From a virus (lineage: Duplodnaviria; Caudoviricetes), in IMG/VR virus record IMGVR_UViG_3300033066_001786, positions 1-64,000 of that record: a stretch of 64,000 bases of DNA. One strand, written 5' to 3'. Under the pieces are notes generated by a model. That model saw nothing but the letters and a program-made list of their open reading frames with translations. It was not told the origin of the DNA and did not search any database. How positions within the stretch are numbered: the first letter of the stretch is position 1; every line of letters begins with the position of its first letter. Both the position numbers and the translations under genes were made by a program. Shown piece after piece: positions 30,101 through 39,148 of this stretch.

Positions 30101-30816
30101 AAATGGCACAAGAGTCCGGAGAAAGTAAAGACATTGTGCGAGATCTTCGAGTCGAAGTTGAAGACGCACAGGAAAGAGTAGACGAATATAGAGCATCTCA
30201 ACAACCTTCAGAAATCAACGAAAGTGAATCGGAAGAATTGTTTACTGTTCAGACTTGGAAAAACGATAAAGTTTCGAAGAAATTAGAATGTAGTGCCGAT
30301 GTTATTACTCGAAAATTGTTAGGGTATTATAGTAACGATGCAACACCTATCATCGACGGTTTACATAAAGCAAGAACACAAAAAGACGGATGGCAAATCA
30401 TCAACGGCGATGCAATTATGGTAATTCGTTTAGCACAACCGACTGAAATCGACGAAGGCGGTAACTACACAATATCTATTGATGAAGATACTAATACGAT
30501 TAAACAAACAAGTAATTATACTGTAAGACTTAGCAACGGAAACGACGAAGAAATGACCGGCAGCGAGCTCTTAGATAAGATTAAACATAATCCAGATTCG
30601 GTACACGAGTACCTAGAGAAATGTAATGAAGCTGCACCCGATAAAGATTCTGACATGACACTACAGCGATTAATAAGCCGAGTAGAATGTGCAAACGAAG
30701 ATTATATTACGGCCCGAAGAGACGGAGAAGACGAATATGTGCTACGCGAACTTGCTAATAAATTAGCAGACGCAAACGAAAACTTAGAAAATTACGAGAG
30801 TCGAGTGTATGGATGA
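27130..30816 (+). CDS. Large modular head-core/internal virion protein (1228 aa)
   Basis: N-terminal RSRHI.SIF...GARALARH...GG..DD domain, then many short modules bounded by (I/V/L)-x-E motifs; GATAAATA at 27100-27107. Confidence 0.6.
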   Translation: MVNFEKVAKRVFQLLKGHNYDLKVYSKVGKETPVPEEGRFFFVKEPNMMVIISPETGTITLNKSKESPLEDYNDLIQQLRYLTGNYMLRFATRSLGKVIQPKDFSYHAKKQEKTDKMSNINESTMYGSNRTSYQMVEDVKIIVKHRKPIDENVRGARSRHIHSIFLEKDNNRYEMPVKSLSGARALARHASKGGSYDDSVANYILENSKNLLKLVEFVKYTKRNKLVNEDTSSTIELVKENAEAISHTLKQFSGYKSYDLAVARISESSESMITEEESAALQDMFTVKHFDSSQGEVLPIISKMVAERQNYLSYIQEMSENVIFISPDKNVLEDTVQYTSDKSKFGNKLVSLSSRVLGSDELSKYVRKIGDKLIAEQDLSAFEQGIVENVLSNVTVKTEDQKSSAGLVTEALQSIDFKLGKYGRFLLKEDETNIPSDAEIFAQLKELGMRLKSIQQDVKSVKEDIATGADLRKEFGQAVFRFEAAKKGLGIANKLRNPEDKKKHLSRVMSNINVLRNMVNRLEKEVGKSQELKMPTDDQTVKGVNYNKKRVLITCANLESLTRLKEELYKKHIEFMVYNRQKNEILVKLGDTSIGDIQELLGDGSDYTLGEIRESLEEGVNNNPDYLYYVLRDTKRGIKIDSGWEYKEDAKERIADMEVPGKAYHKSKLGAIDPSDDNWWTNASDLENSVTEDTDCADQNVNKIEDTFYVTINGNRAEVSTSEIKKYIEGAQDAIYAHLDDLSVYPLSANNPKEKQIIDCLVKEFEKDNVTEEVQEGPIVLGDLSASSKVSMGKSKTPHRAVLIKSTKTDEPVIQVEQCINGKWYGTPGRWFLSTLTERGISDSIWIDHGQEWGIDAGMRAAIKKAQEIVNGNQTVTESIVLKEKTLEDVLSIVAQLTGVPQESIYPGSNVTVNGYPATIEDNTESNHIDFVAVDSDAAKGIKGALMTAGLNTVRIDKATNTVMVSFGSLQEGFSLDQLLQDLEDAKEDLKMAQESGESKDIVRDLRVEVEDAQERVDEYRASQQPSEINESESEELFTVQTWKNDKVSKKLECSADVITRKLLGYYSNDATPIIDGLHKARTQKDGWQIINGDAIMVIRLAQPTEIDEGGNYTISIDEDTNTIKQTSNYTVRLSNGNDEEMTGSELLDKIKHNPDSVHEYLEKCNEAAPDKDSDMTLQRLISRVECANEDYITARRDGEDEYVLRELANKLADANENLENYESRVYG

Positions 30817-31330
30817 GGAATATCTAAGTAAGTTTGTAACTTTTAAAGAAGGTTATGACAGCCCTACTGCAAAACAAATGGGGATAGACAATACACCGCC
30901 TGCAGAGCTAGTAAAAAATATGAGATCGACTGCAATTAAAGTGTTTGATCCAACAAGGTCTAGATTTGGTGTGCCCATCGGCGTCAATAGTTTTTATCGT
31001 AGTAAGAGATTAAATGATGCAGTAGGATCAACCGATGCATCCGATCACAGATACGGTTTTGCAATAGATATGGATATTGAAAAATATCCCGAAGGTAAAG
31101 AAAAATATACAAATGCTGAAATGTTTCTATGGATGTGTGATCACTTAGAGTTTTCTCAAATTATATGGGAAATGGGCACAGATTTAAACCCAAAATGGGT
31201 ACACGTTGCATATAATGTAAATAATTTAAGAAATAAAAAAATTACAATTGCTAGACCCGGTCAAGGTTATAAGCCTTTTGACTTAGATGTAGCAAAACTT
31301 AAACAGTATTATAAAAATTTGAGGTCTTAA
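30809..31330 (+). CDS. Endolysin, peptidase M15 family
   Basis: SFYRS..LN..VG....SDH..G.AID ... WVHV zinc-peptidase motifs; followed by spanin-like genes. Confidence 0.8.
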   Translation: MDEEYLSKFVTFKEGYDSPTAKQMGIDNTPPAELVKNMRSTAIKVFDPTRSRFGVPIGVNSFYRSKRLNDAVGSTDASDHRYGFAIDMDIEKYPEGKEKYTNAEMFLWMCDHLEFSQIIWEMGTDLNPKWVHVAYNVNNLRNKKITIARPGQGYKPFDLDVAKLKQYYKNLRS

Positions 31331-31331
31331 T

Positions 31332-31784
31332 ATGCTTTCTTTCTTTGGTAATTTTTTTAGCAGTGAAAATCCGATTACAATGTACTTAAAAATCGGTTTA
31401 GTTATTATTTTTGTTGCTTTAGTAATCGGAGTTGTAGTACAATATAATGTAATAAGTTCTAAGAACGAAGCGATCGGTGGTCTAAAAGAAAAACAAAAAG
31501 AAGCCGATGCAACTATATTAGCATTAAATAAAGATATCGGCGATTTAAGGGACAAAAGAGTAGAAGATCAACAATCTATAATTGATATGCAGCAAGCATA
31601 TAACGAAGCATATTTAAAATATTTAAATGAAAAATCCTCTTTTGAAAAATATAAAAACGAAAATGCAGTAGTGTATGCAAAAACATCACTTGTTGAAAAG
31701 AAAGCAAATGCAGCAACTTTGCGTGTTTTTAACGAGATAGATTGCATAACAGGCAACTGCAACGACAAGAGTATAAAAAGATGA
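31332..31784 (+). CDS. Putative i-spanin (Rz-like)
   Basis: N-terminal TM helix, coiled coil, C-terminal Cys pair; after the endolysin. Confidence 0.7.
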   Translation: MLSFFGNFFSSENPITMYLKIGLVIIFVALVIGVVVQYNVISSKNEAIGGLKEKQKEADATILALNKDIGDLRDKRVEDQQSIIDMQQAYNEAYLKYLNEKSSFEKYKNENAVVYAKTSLVEKKANAATLRVFNEIDCITGNCNDKSIKR

Positions 31785-32170
31785 AAAATATATCAGTTAA
31801 AAAATTAAGGACTATAGCCGTATCATTATTAACACTATATGCTGTTTTACTTATTATTAGTTTAGTAGCATGTACACCGACTACTAAAAAAACCGACAGC
31901 GGGAAAGTGTTACCAACTATACATGCACAGCGCCCCCAACCAATCGAGTTGCTTCCAGTAAAATGGGTATTTGTGAATTATAAAAACAAAGATGCAGTTA
32001 TTCTCGATGATAAAAACACTTATACTTGTTTATCTTGGGACGATTATATAACTATGTCCGAGAATATGTCGATGATTAAAACAAACATGATACAGACAAA
32101 TAAGTTACTTTGCAACTACAGAAAAGACCTAAACGAAGTCGAATGTCGCATACCTCAAAATCAAAAATAA
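31781..32170 (+). CDS. Putative o-spanin lipoprotein (Rz1-like)
   Basis: ATG 31781 overlaps the upstream TGA; basic N-region, hydrophobic core, LVA-C lipobox, Pro-rich segment. Confidence 0.7.
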   Translation: MKNISVKKLRTIAVSLLTLYAVLLIISLVACTPTTKKTDSGKVLPTIHAQRPQPIELLPVKWVFVNYKNKDAVILDDKNTYTCLSWDDYITMSENMSMIKTNMIQTNKLLCNYRKDLNEVECRIPQNQK

Positions 32171-32181
32171 TTTAAATATTT

Positions 32182-32221
32182 GATAAATAAACTTGCAATA
32201 AGAATTAACCTGCTATATAAT
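32182..32221 (+). promoter_or_regulatory. Tandem late (GATAAATA) and sigma70-like (TTGCAA-N17-TATAAT) promoters of the ssb gene
   Basis: GATAAATA 32182-32189; TTGCAA 32193-32198; TATAAT 32216-32221. Confidence 0.7.
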
Positions 32222-32301
32222 TATTAATATTACGATAGCAGATTAATTTGTTGCAATCGAAAAAGTAAAACAAAAAAGAAAAACAAAAAAGGAAAATAAA
32301 A

Positions 32302-33294
32302 ATGTCTAGTAAACTTGACGAAATCCGTCAGAAGCTCAAAGCTCTCGAAGAAAAACGCTCCCCTAATAAACCACAACCTAAAAAAACATCAGGTATTGGG
32401 TATCCTTTTTGGGATATACCCATGGAAAGTACAGCTACTCTCCGTTTGTTACCAGACGGCGACCAAAACAATACCTTTTTCTGGGTTGAAGATCAAACTA
32501 TTAAAATTCCATTTCCAGGTATTAAAGGCGGCGACGAAAATAAAAAAGTAACAGTGTTTGTTCCGTGTGTAGAAATGTGGGGAGATCCGTGCCCGATACA
32601 TGCAGAAATTAGACCGTGGTATAAAACTGAAGACGAAGAATTAAAAAAACTTGCATCAGTATATTGGAAAAAACGTTCATACTACATGCAAGGTTTCGTA
32701 CGTAAAGACCCTATGGGAGAAGCTGAACCGCCAGAGTGTCCAATTCGTAGATTTAAATTTACTCCGCAGTTGTTTAATATTGTTAAAGCTATACTGTTAG
32801 ATGAACAAGTTGCAGATGAACCTACAGATTTAGAAAACGGTATCGATTTTAATATTAAGAAATCGCAAAAAGGCGGCTTTCCAGACTACACCCAAAGTCA
32901 ATATTCTCGTGTAAGTTCTCCTTTAACACAAACTGAACGCGATGCTATTGAAAAATACGGATTGACAAAACTGTGCGATTATTTGCCTAAACGTCCCGGT
33001 GCAGATGAAGTCGCAGCAATGTATGATATGTTTCAAGCATCAATGGCCGGCGAATTGTACGATGTTGAAAAATGGGGAGCATATTATCGTCCTTATGGTG
33101 TACAGTTTAGTAAAACCGAGAAAGGTGAGAAATCAAAAACAGAAGACCTCGAAATAGTCGAAAGCGGAAACGATTCGATTTCTTTTGAAGAACCAAGTGT
33201 AACTGTAACAGTTGAAGAAACTATTAGCGAACCAGTTGAGCCAAAACAGTCTACACAAGATATATTGGCAATGATTCGCAATCGTAACAAATAA
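32302..33294 (+). CDS. Single-stranded DNA-binding protein (T4 gp32-like)
   Basis: LRLLPDGD..NTFFW, PC.EMWG..CPI, YWKKRSY, acidic C-terminal tail. Confidence 0.9.
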   Translation: MSSKLDEIRQKLKALEEKRSPNKPQPKKTSGIGYPFWDIPMESTATLRLLPDGDQNNTFFWVEDQTIKIPFPGIKGGDENKKVTVFVPCVEMWGDPCPIHAEIRPWYKTEDEELKKLASVYWKKRSYYMQGFVRKDPMGEAEPPECPIRRFKFTPQLFNIVKAILLDEQVADEPTDLENGIDFNIKKSQKGGFPDYTQSQYSRVSSPLTQTERDAIEKYGLTKLCDYLPKRPGADEVAAMYDMFQASMAGELYDVEKWGAYYRPYGVQFSKTEKGEKSKTEDLEIVESGNDSISFEEPSVTVTVEETISEPVEPKQSTQDILAMIRNRNK

Positions 33295-33357
33295 GATAAA
33301 ACAAAATACGGATATAATTCAGGGAGATAATCTCTCCCTAGAATTAAAGGAATAATT

Positions 33358-34425
33358 ATGGCTAAACCATTAGATTTAACAAAATTTAGAAAATCAATTA
33401 CAAAATCAATCGAAGGTATATCTTTTGGGTTTAATGACCCAACTGATTGGATATCGACTGGTAACTATGCACTTAACTACCTTATTAGCGGAGATTTTAA
33501 CAAAGGTGTACCGCTCGGTAAAGTTACAGTATTTGCAGGTTCTTCCGGTGCTGGTAAATCTTATTTTGTTTCGGGTAATATTGTAAAACATGCACAAGAT
33601 ATGGGAATTTTCCCTATAGTAATTGACACAGAAAATGCACTTGACGAAACATGGTTGCATGCACTCGGTGTTGATACATCTGCTGATAAAATGCTCAAGC
33701 TGAGCTTGTGTATGATAGATGACGTTGCAAAAACTATTTCCGAGTTTATGGCGGATTATAAAACATTACCAGAAGAAGATAGACCTAAAGTTTTATTTGT
33801 CATTGATAGTTTAGGTATGTTGCTTACGCCTACAGATGTTAATCAATTTGAAGACGGTAATTTAAAAGGCGATATGGGTAGAAAACCAAAAGCATTAACA
33901 GCACTTGTTCGTAACTGTGTAAATATGTTCGGGTCATATAACGTGGGCATGGTATGTACTAATCATACATATGCAAGTCAAGATATGTTCGATCCAGATG
34001 ACAAAGTGAGTGGCGGTCAGGGTTTCATCTATGCTTCTTCTATAGTAGTAGCTATGAAAAAACTAAAACTAAAAGAAGACGACGACGGCAACAAAACAAC
34101 AGAAGTAAACGGAATAAGATCTGCTTGTAAAATAATGAAAACTAGGTATGCAAAACCGTTTGAATCTGTGCAGGTAAAAATTCCGTATTCTACAGGAATG
34201 AGCCCGTTCAGTGGATTAGTTGATTTGTTTGAAAGCGAAAGCATACTTAAAAAAGAAGGTAATAGTTTATTCTATACTTGTAGCGACGGAACAGTATTGA
34301 AATTCTTCAGAAAAGGATGGGAAGCAAACAAAGAAGGTTGTTTAGACATTGTCATGTCGGAGTTTAGTAATAAAAAAGATCTAGAAGTCAAACCAGAAAT
34401 AGAACAACTTGAAGACGAAGAATAA
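33358..34425 (+). CDS. uvsX: RecA/UvsX-like recombinase
   Basis: STGNYALN..ISG, Walker A GSSGAGKS, IDTENALD, VIDSLG, NHTY, SGG.G..YASS. Confidence 0.95.
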   Translation: MAKPLDLTKFRKSITKSIEGISFGFNDPTDWISTGNYALNYLISGDFNKGVPLGKVTVFAGSSGAGKSYFVSGNIVKHAQDMGIFPIVIDTENALDETWLHALGVDTSADKMLKLSLCMIDDVAKTISEFMADYKTLPEEDRPKVLFVIDSLGMLLTPTDVNQFEDGNLKGDMGRKPKALTALVRNCVNMFGSYNVGMVCTNHTYASQDMFDPDDKVSGGQGFIYASSIVVAMKKLKLKEDDDGNKTTEVNGIRSACKIMKTRYAKPFESVQVKIPYSTGMSPFSGLVDLFESESILKKEGNSLFYTCSDGTVLKFFRKGWEANKEGCLDIVMSEFSNKKDLEVKPEIEQLEDEE

Positions 34426-34436
34426 GAGAATAAACA

Positions 34437-34649
34437 ATGTCAAAAGATGTGGAATTAATAACAGATATTTGGTCGGCTATTAAACCTTATTTAAATCCTA
34501 AAGAAAAATTTGATGCAGCATTACAGCTAGTTGAAGTTTTTGATGATCACGGTTTAACTGAGTCGTTCGAAGAAGAACACGTTTCGGATCGTTCATTGCA
34601 AAAAGCATTAAACGAATATTTTGGATTAGACGAGAAGGAAGATGACTGA
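34437..34649 (+). CDS. Hypothetical protein
   Basis: 70-aa acidic ORF in operon context. Confidence 0.6.
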   Translation: MSKDVELITDIWSAIKPYLNPKEKFDAALQLVEVFDDHGLTESFEEEHVSDRSLQKALNEYFGLDEKEDD

Positions 34650-34923
34650 TTATATTAATAAGTTAAAAGAAACAATAAAAACAAAAGACCGGGAAGCAAC
34701 TCTAGTCGTATTAGCTGAAATGCAAGAAGAATTAAAAAATAACGAGACATTAGTTATGGAAATAACTATGCCTGCAGTTATCACAGAATTGCATATGTTG
34801 TTAGTATCAGAGATGAACATTGTACAAAGATTGTTGCAATTAAGAGCAAGGGTTGCAAATAGGCATCGTCGGGCACATTTGTTTTTACAAACTATGATGA
34901 ACGGTGTAAGGCTATCCCCGTGA
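34642..34923 (+). CDS. Hypothetical protein
   Basis: 93-aa ORF overlapping both neighbours. Confidence 0.6.
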   Translation: MTDYINKLKETIKTKDREATLVVLAEMQEELKNNETLVMEITMPAVITELHMLLVSEMNIVQRLLQLRARVANRHRRAHLFLQTMMNGVRLSP

Positions 34924-35384
34924 GTAATTGGTTTAGAACTGTATCAAAGGATATATCTAAAATTCCAGATTGTATTGATTTTTTCGAATCAGAACTTGTA
35001 TCTGCTAGGGTCGAACTTTCAATGAAAGGTAAGACCTTAGAAAAAAACGAAGCAGAATTACCGGGTATTATGGAATATCGTTTTAGGCAACTTCAGGAAA
35101 TTGAAGCAATACTCGAATACTTAAATACTACACTGTCTAAAAAAAGATCTGATACTTTTAAGAAGATATTTGAAAAAAGCGATCGTGCTCTAACTGCAAG
35201 TGTAGCAGAAAAATATGTAAACGGAGATCAAGAAATATACGATTACATGTTACTTGTTAATGAGTTTGCATTGTTGCGTAATCAATACCTTGCAATTACA
35301 AAAGGATTAGAAAGCAAAGGCTGGTGCATGTCTAATATTGTTAGATTACGTTGTGCCGGCTTAGATGATGCTAGGATAGATTAA
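34920..35384 (+). CDS. uvsY: Recombination mediator, UvsY-like
   Basis: Helical protein with EKYV.GD and KGLESK...NIVRLR.AG; between uvsX and uvsW. Confidence 0.8.
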   Translation: MSNWFRTVSKDISKIPDCIDFFESELVSARVELSMKGKTLEKNEAELPGIMEYRFRQLQEIEAILEYLNTTLSKKRSDTFKKIFEKSDRALTASVAEKYVNGDQEIYDYMLLVNEFALLRNQYLAITKGLESKGWCMSNIVRLRCAGLDDARID

Positions 35385-36835
35385 TGAAACAATGTACGTT
35401 ACATATTTTAGACGAAGTAAATGTTAAATTTGAAGGCTTAGATGTATTAACCAGAAATAAAATGGTTAAGGATTTAAGCTTCTTCTTACCGCATGCGAAA
35501 TTTTCGGCAGCATATAAATTAGGAAGATGGGACGGTAAGATAAGTTTTTGTACTGTGGGCGGAGGTACTTATTTAAATTTATTAGATAAGGTTCTACCAA
35601 CAGTACAATCTTCAGGTTATGAAGTTGCCATAGAAGATCATAGACAGCAGTATGATTTTAGTTTCGAGTCGATTAATGTTAATAGTTATTCCCATTTAAA
35701 ATGGCCAGAGAAACATAATTTAGCAGGTCAGCCAATTATATTAAGAGACCACCAAGTAGAAGCTGTAAATTCGTATTTGCAAAATTTACAAGGGATGGGA
35801 AAGGTCTCCACAGGAAGTGGGAAGACTATTATAACAACAATATTAAGCCACAAAGTTGAAAAATATGGCCGCTCTATTTTAATTGTGCCAAATAAAGATC
35901 TAGTCACACAAACAGAAAGAGACTATAAAAACTTTGGATTAGATGTGGGCGTATTCTATGGCGATAGAAAAGAAATAAATAAAACTCATACTATTTGTAC
36001 TTGGCAAAGTTTGGAAGTTTTAGATAAAAAATCAAAAGATTTTGATTTAGATTTTACAATAGAAGATTTTATGGAAGGTGTAGTTGCTGTAATATGCGAC
36101 GAAGCACATCAAAATAAAGCGGACGTACTTAAGAAACATTTAACAACAACATTTAAAAATATCCCAATACGCTGGGGGATGACAGGTACAATACCTAAAG
36201 CAATAAACGACCAGTATTGCTTATTGCTTACAATAGGACCTGTTATATGCGAAGTTAATGCGTCCGATTTACAAGAAAAAGGTATACTGAGTAAATTACA
36301 TATAAACGTATTGCAAGTTCAAGATTTTGCAACTAATTTTTCAGATTATCAAGCCGAATTGCAGTATTTATTAAGTGACACAAACCGACTAGAAATTCTA
36401 GCAGATAAATTTCAACAAATAGCAGAGACTGGTAATACATTAATTTTAGTAGACAGGATTGAAAGCGGTCAAAAATTATGTAGTATGATAGAAGGCGCAG
36501 TTTTTATTAGTGGTCAAGATAAAGCAAAAGATAGAAAAGAACAATATTCTTCTTTTAGCGATGATGGAAAAATATTAGTTGCTTCTTATGGTATAGCCGC
36601 AGTAGGCATAGACGTTTCTAGAATTTTTAATTTAATATTACTTGAACCTGGAAAAAGTTTTGTTCGTGTTATACAATCGATAGGACGGGGGGTAAGAACA
36701 GCAGCAGATAAAGACTTTGTTAATATATATGATATTACGTCTACTGCAAAATATTCAAAAAAGCACCTAACTGAACGTAAACGTTTTTACAAAGAAGAAA
36801 AATACCCATTTACAATTGAGAAATTAAAATTATAA
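35384..36835 (+). CDS. uvsW: SF2 DNA helicase, UvsW-like
   Basis: G.WDGKI, LRDHQ, TGSGKT, DEAH, MTGT, QSIGRG.R. Confidence 0.93.
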   Translation: MKQCTLHILDEVNVKFEGLDVLTRNKMVKDLSFFLPHAKFSAAYKLGRWDGKISFCTVGGGTYLNLLDKVLPTVQSSGYEVAIEDHRQQYDFSFESINVNSYSHLKWPEKHNLAGQPIILRDHQVEAVNSYLQNLQGMGKVSTGSGKTIITTILSHKVEKYGRSILIVPNKDLVTQTERDYKNFGLDVGVFYGDRKEINKTHTICTWQSLEVLDKKSKDFDLDFTIEDFMEGVVAVICDEAHQNKADVLKKHLTTTFKNIPIRWGMTGTIPKAINDQYCLLLTIGPVICEVNASDLQEKGILSKLHINVLQVQDFATNFSDYQAELQYLLSDTNRLEILADKFQQIAETGNTLILVDRIESGQKLCSMIEGAVFISGQDKAKDRKEQYSSFSDDGKILVASYGIAAVGIDVSRIFNLILLEPGKSFVRVIQSIGRGVRTAADKDFVNIYDITSTAKYSKKHLTERKRFYKEEKYPFTIEKLKL

Positions 36836-38595
36836 TGAAAGACAAACTGTTATATATAATTAATAGTGTCGGCAACGACACTAGGGAAATTATAAAAAAA
36901 ATTAAAGAAGATTTTAATCTTTATTCTTTTCTATTGTTAGAGATAGGGGAAATAAGCGGCAAAAGTTTATATGATTATATTTACCCTGAGAAGATAAAAG
37001 TATGTACAAGCGAAAAAAATGGAGTATGTAAATATCAATGCTTTTCTGTAGGTTATAGGTTTTGTGGGCCAAGTAATAAATGCGAATGTGCAAAAAAGTC
37101 TGTCAGCGAAAAAACCAAAAATAATAAGTTAATGTATAACGAAGAAAAGAAAACGGAAATAAGAGAAAAAAGAAGGAATACGAACAAAGAAAAATACGGA
37201 GTTATCAATGTTTTTCAACTAGACTATATAAAAAACAAATCGAGAGAAACTAGCATGGAGAAATACGGTGTTAGTTCTCCTAGAAAAGCAGAAATAGTAA
37301 AACAAAAAACAAAAGAAACGTGTTTACAGAAATACGGAGTTGATAATCCGTTAAAGTCTACTAGTGTGCAGCAGAAAACGAAAGAAACATGTTTAGATAG
37401 GTACGGTGTTGAAAATCCGTTAATGCTATCTAGTATAAGAAATAAAGCAAAAGAAACATGCGTGGAAAGATATGGCGTCGAAAACCCTAATAGCGATGTA
37501 AATATAAGAAATAAAGCAAAAGAAACATGTATAGATAAGTACGGAGTTGAAAACCCTGCATATAAACATATGTCAGTTGGTCTTCTTGAAAAATTAGAAA
37601 ATAGTCACGAGATACATAAGCTAAATGAAACTAATAGTATTTTTGGTATTTCTAAACTTTATAATGTGTCCCCGAGTGCAATAGAAAAATCATTAACAAA
37701 AGGTGGATACGAAATAGTAAGACATACTAATAGTTCTCATTACGAAGACTTTATCTACAACATAGTTATTAATAACGGTGTTAATGCAATTAAGAACGAT
37801 AGGACTATTTTATCTCCAAGAGAAATCGATGTATATATACCTGAAGAAAAATTAGCAATTGAAGTAAATGGTTCGTATTATCATTGTGAAAAAGGTGGTA
37901 AGAAAACGAGCAATTACCATTTACAAAAAACATTAGACTGCGAAGAAAAAAATATCAGGCTAATACATTTTTCTTCGGTAGAAATAGACACTAAACCAAA
38001 AATTGTCGAATCTATTACGGCTACAAGCCTTGGCAAATATAAGAATAAATATTATGCTAGAAAATGCACCGTTGGACGATTAGACTATAAAGACATGGAA
38101 CTTACATCGTTTTTAAATAATACTCATCTTCAAGGGTACACCGGTTGTAAAATTGCATATGTTTTAAAAGTGGAAGATAAAATTGTATCAGCTATGACAT
38201 TTGGTAAGCCTAGATACAACAATAAGTACGATTGGGAATTAATAAGATACGCTGTAGATTTAAACACTACAATAGTCGGCGGTGCCGAAAGATTGTTTTC
38301 TTCTTTTATTAAGGACATAAAACCTGAAAATGTCATATCTTATTGCGATATATCTAAATTTAAAGGAAATGTTTATCCTAAATTGGGTTTTACTTTCTTG
38401 CATCGTTCTAAACCTAGTTATAAATATACTAAAGACTATATAGTCTTTGAAAGTAGGGTAAAATATCAAAAACATAAACTGCCTAATATTTTGAAAGAAT
38501 ACAACGAAGAAAATTCAGAATGGGAGAACATGTTAGCTAATGGATATGACCGTTATTGGGATTGTGGAAACGATGTATGGGTTTGGAAAAATTAA
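36835..38595 (+). CDS. Hef-like putative homing endonuclease with six KETC..(K/R)YGV.NP repeats
   Basis: 23-aa tandem repeats; EIDVYIP...AIEVNGSYYH nuclease motif; C-terminal HLQG...MTF...WELIRY...SYCD...LGF...WDCG domain. Confidence 0.75.
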   Translation: MKDKLLYIINSVGNDTREIIKKIKEDFNLYSFLLLEIGEISGKSLYDYIYPEKIKVCTSEKNGVCKYQCFSVGYRFCGPSNKCECAKKSVSEKTKNNKLMYNEEKKTEIREKRRNTNKEKYGVINVFQLDYIKNKSRETSMEKYGVSSPRKAEIVKQKTKETCLQKYGVDNPLKSTSVQQKTKETCLDRYGVENPLMLSSIRNKAKETCVERYGVENPNSDVNIRNKAKETCIDKYGVENPAYKHMSVGLLEKLENSHEIHKLNETNSIFGISKLYNVSPSAIEKSLTKGGYEIVRHTNSSHYEDFIYNIVINNGVNAIKNDRTILSPREIDVYIPEEKLAIEVNGSYYHCEKGGKKTSNYHLQKTLDCEEKNIRLIHFSSVEIDTKPKIVESITATSLGKYKNKYYARKCTVGRLDYKDMELTSFLNNTHLQGYTGCKIAYVLKVEDKIVSAMTFGKPRYNNKYDWELIRYAVDLNTTIVGGAERLFSSFIKDIKPENVISYCDISKFKGNVYPKLGFTFLHRSKPSYKYTKDYIVFESRVKYQKHKLPNILKEYNEENSEWENMLANGYDRYWDCGNDVWVWKN

Positions 38596-38644
38596 AATTG
38601 TAATAATGCTAATTTAATGTTAGTATAAATAAAAAGAGAATAAC

Positions 38645-39148
38645 ATGTTAATACTTACTCCCGAAAACAGATCATATGATTTAAATAAAGTACCTTCCGA
38701 AGTAGAAGATCTTAGATATTGTGTTTTAGATTGTTCTAATAAAAAAGACATTGATTATTATTATCTACCTCTTGTATTTTTAGAAAGTTACACTTCGCCT
38801 GCTATTGTTTTAGAAATAGGCGATAAAATAGTACAAATGCCACTTGATTGGTCGATACTGGTTTGCGACGAAGACTACAGCACAATCGAAATAATGTCAC
38901 TTACTAAACTAGACGAGAGAGGATTGCATACATTAGTTTATAATCCTTTTAAACATATGTTTCCTGTTCCTGCAGAAGTAAATGTAGTTAATGTGTTTGC
39001 CGAAGTAAAATGGTATTTTCCAAAATTAAAAAACGGCCACGTATTAGTAGTGCCAATTGAAGAAGGCGATACTCCTAAATGTGTGTTGTTTGTGAAGGAT
39101 TTATCTAAATTACCAGATTCGATTGATGTAGCCGAATTGTTCCAATAG
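38645..39148 (+). CDS. Hypothetical phage protein
   Basis: 167-aa beta-rich ORF; TATAAATA at 38624-38631 upstream. Confidence 0.65.
   Translation: MLILTPENRSYDLNKVPSEVEDLRYCVLDCSNKKDIDYYYLPLVFLESYTSPAIVLEIGDKIVQMPLDWSILVCDEDYSTIEIMSLTKLDERGLHTLVYNPFKHMFPVPAEVNVVNVFAEVKWYFPKLKNGHVLVVPIEEGDTPKCVLFVKDLSKLPDSIDVAELFQ

Noticed and set aside
37180-37560. Regular ~69-bp repeats as a CRISPR array
   Set aside because: They are degenerate protein-coding repeats within an ORF, with no identical repeat/unique spacer structure and no cas genes.
38645-39148. Possible stand-alone Hint/intein-like protein
   Set aside because: No N-terminal Cys/Ser or C-terminal His-Asn; not supportable without structure prediction.
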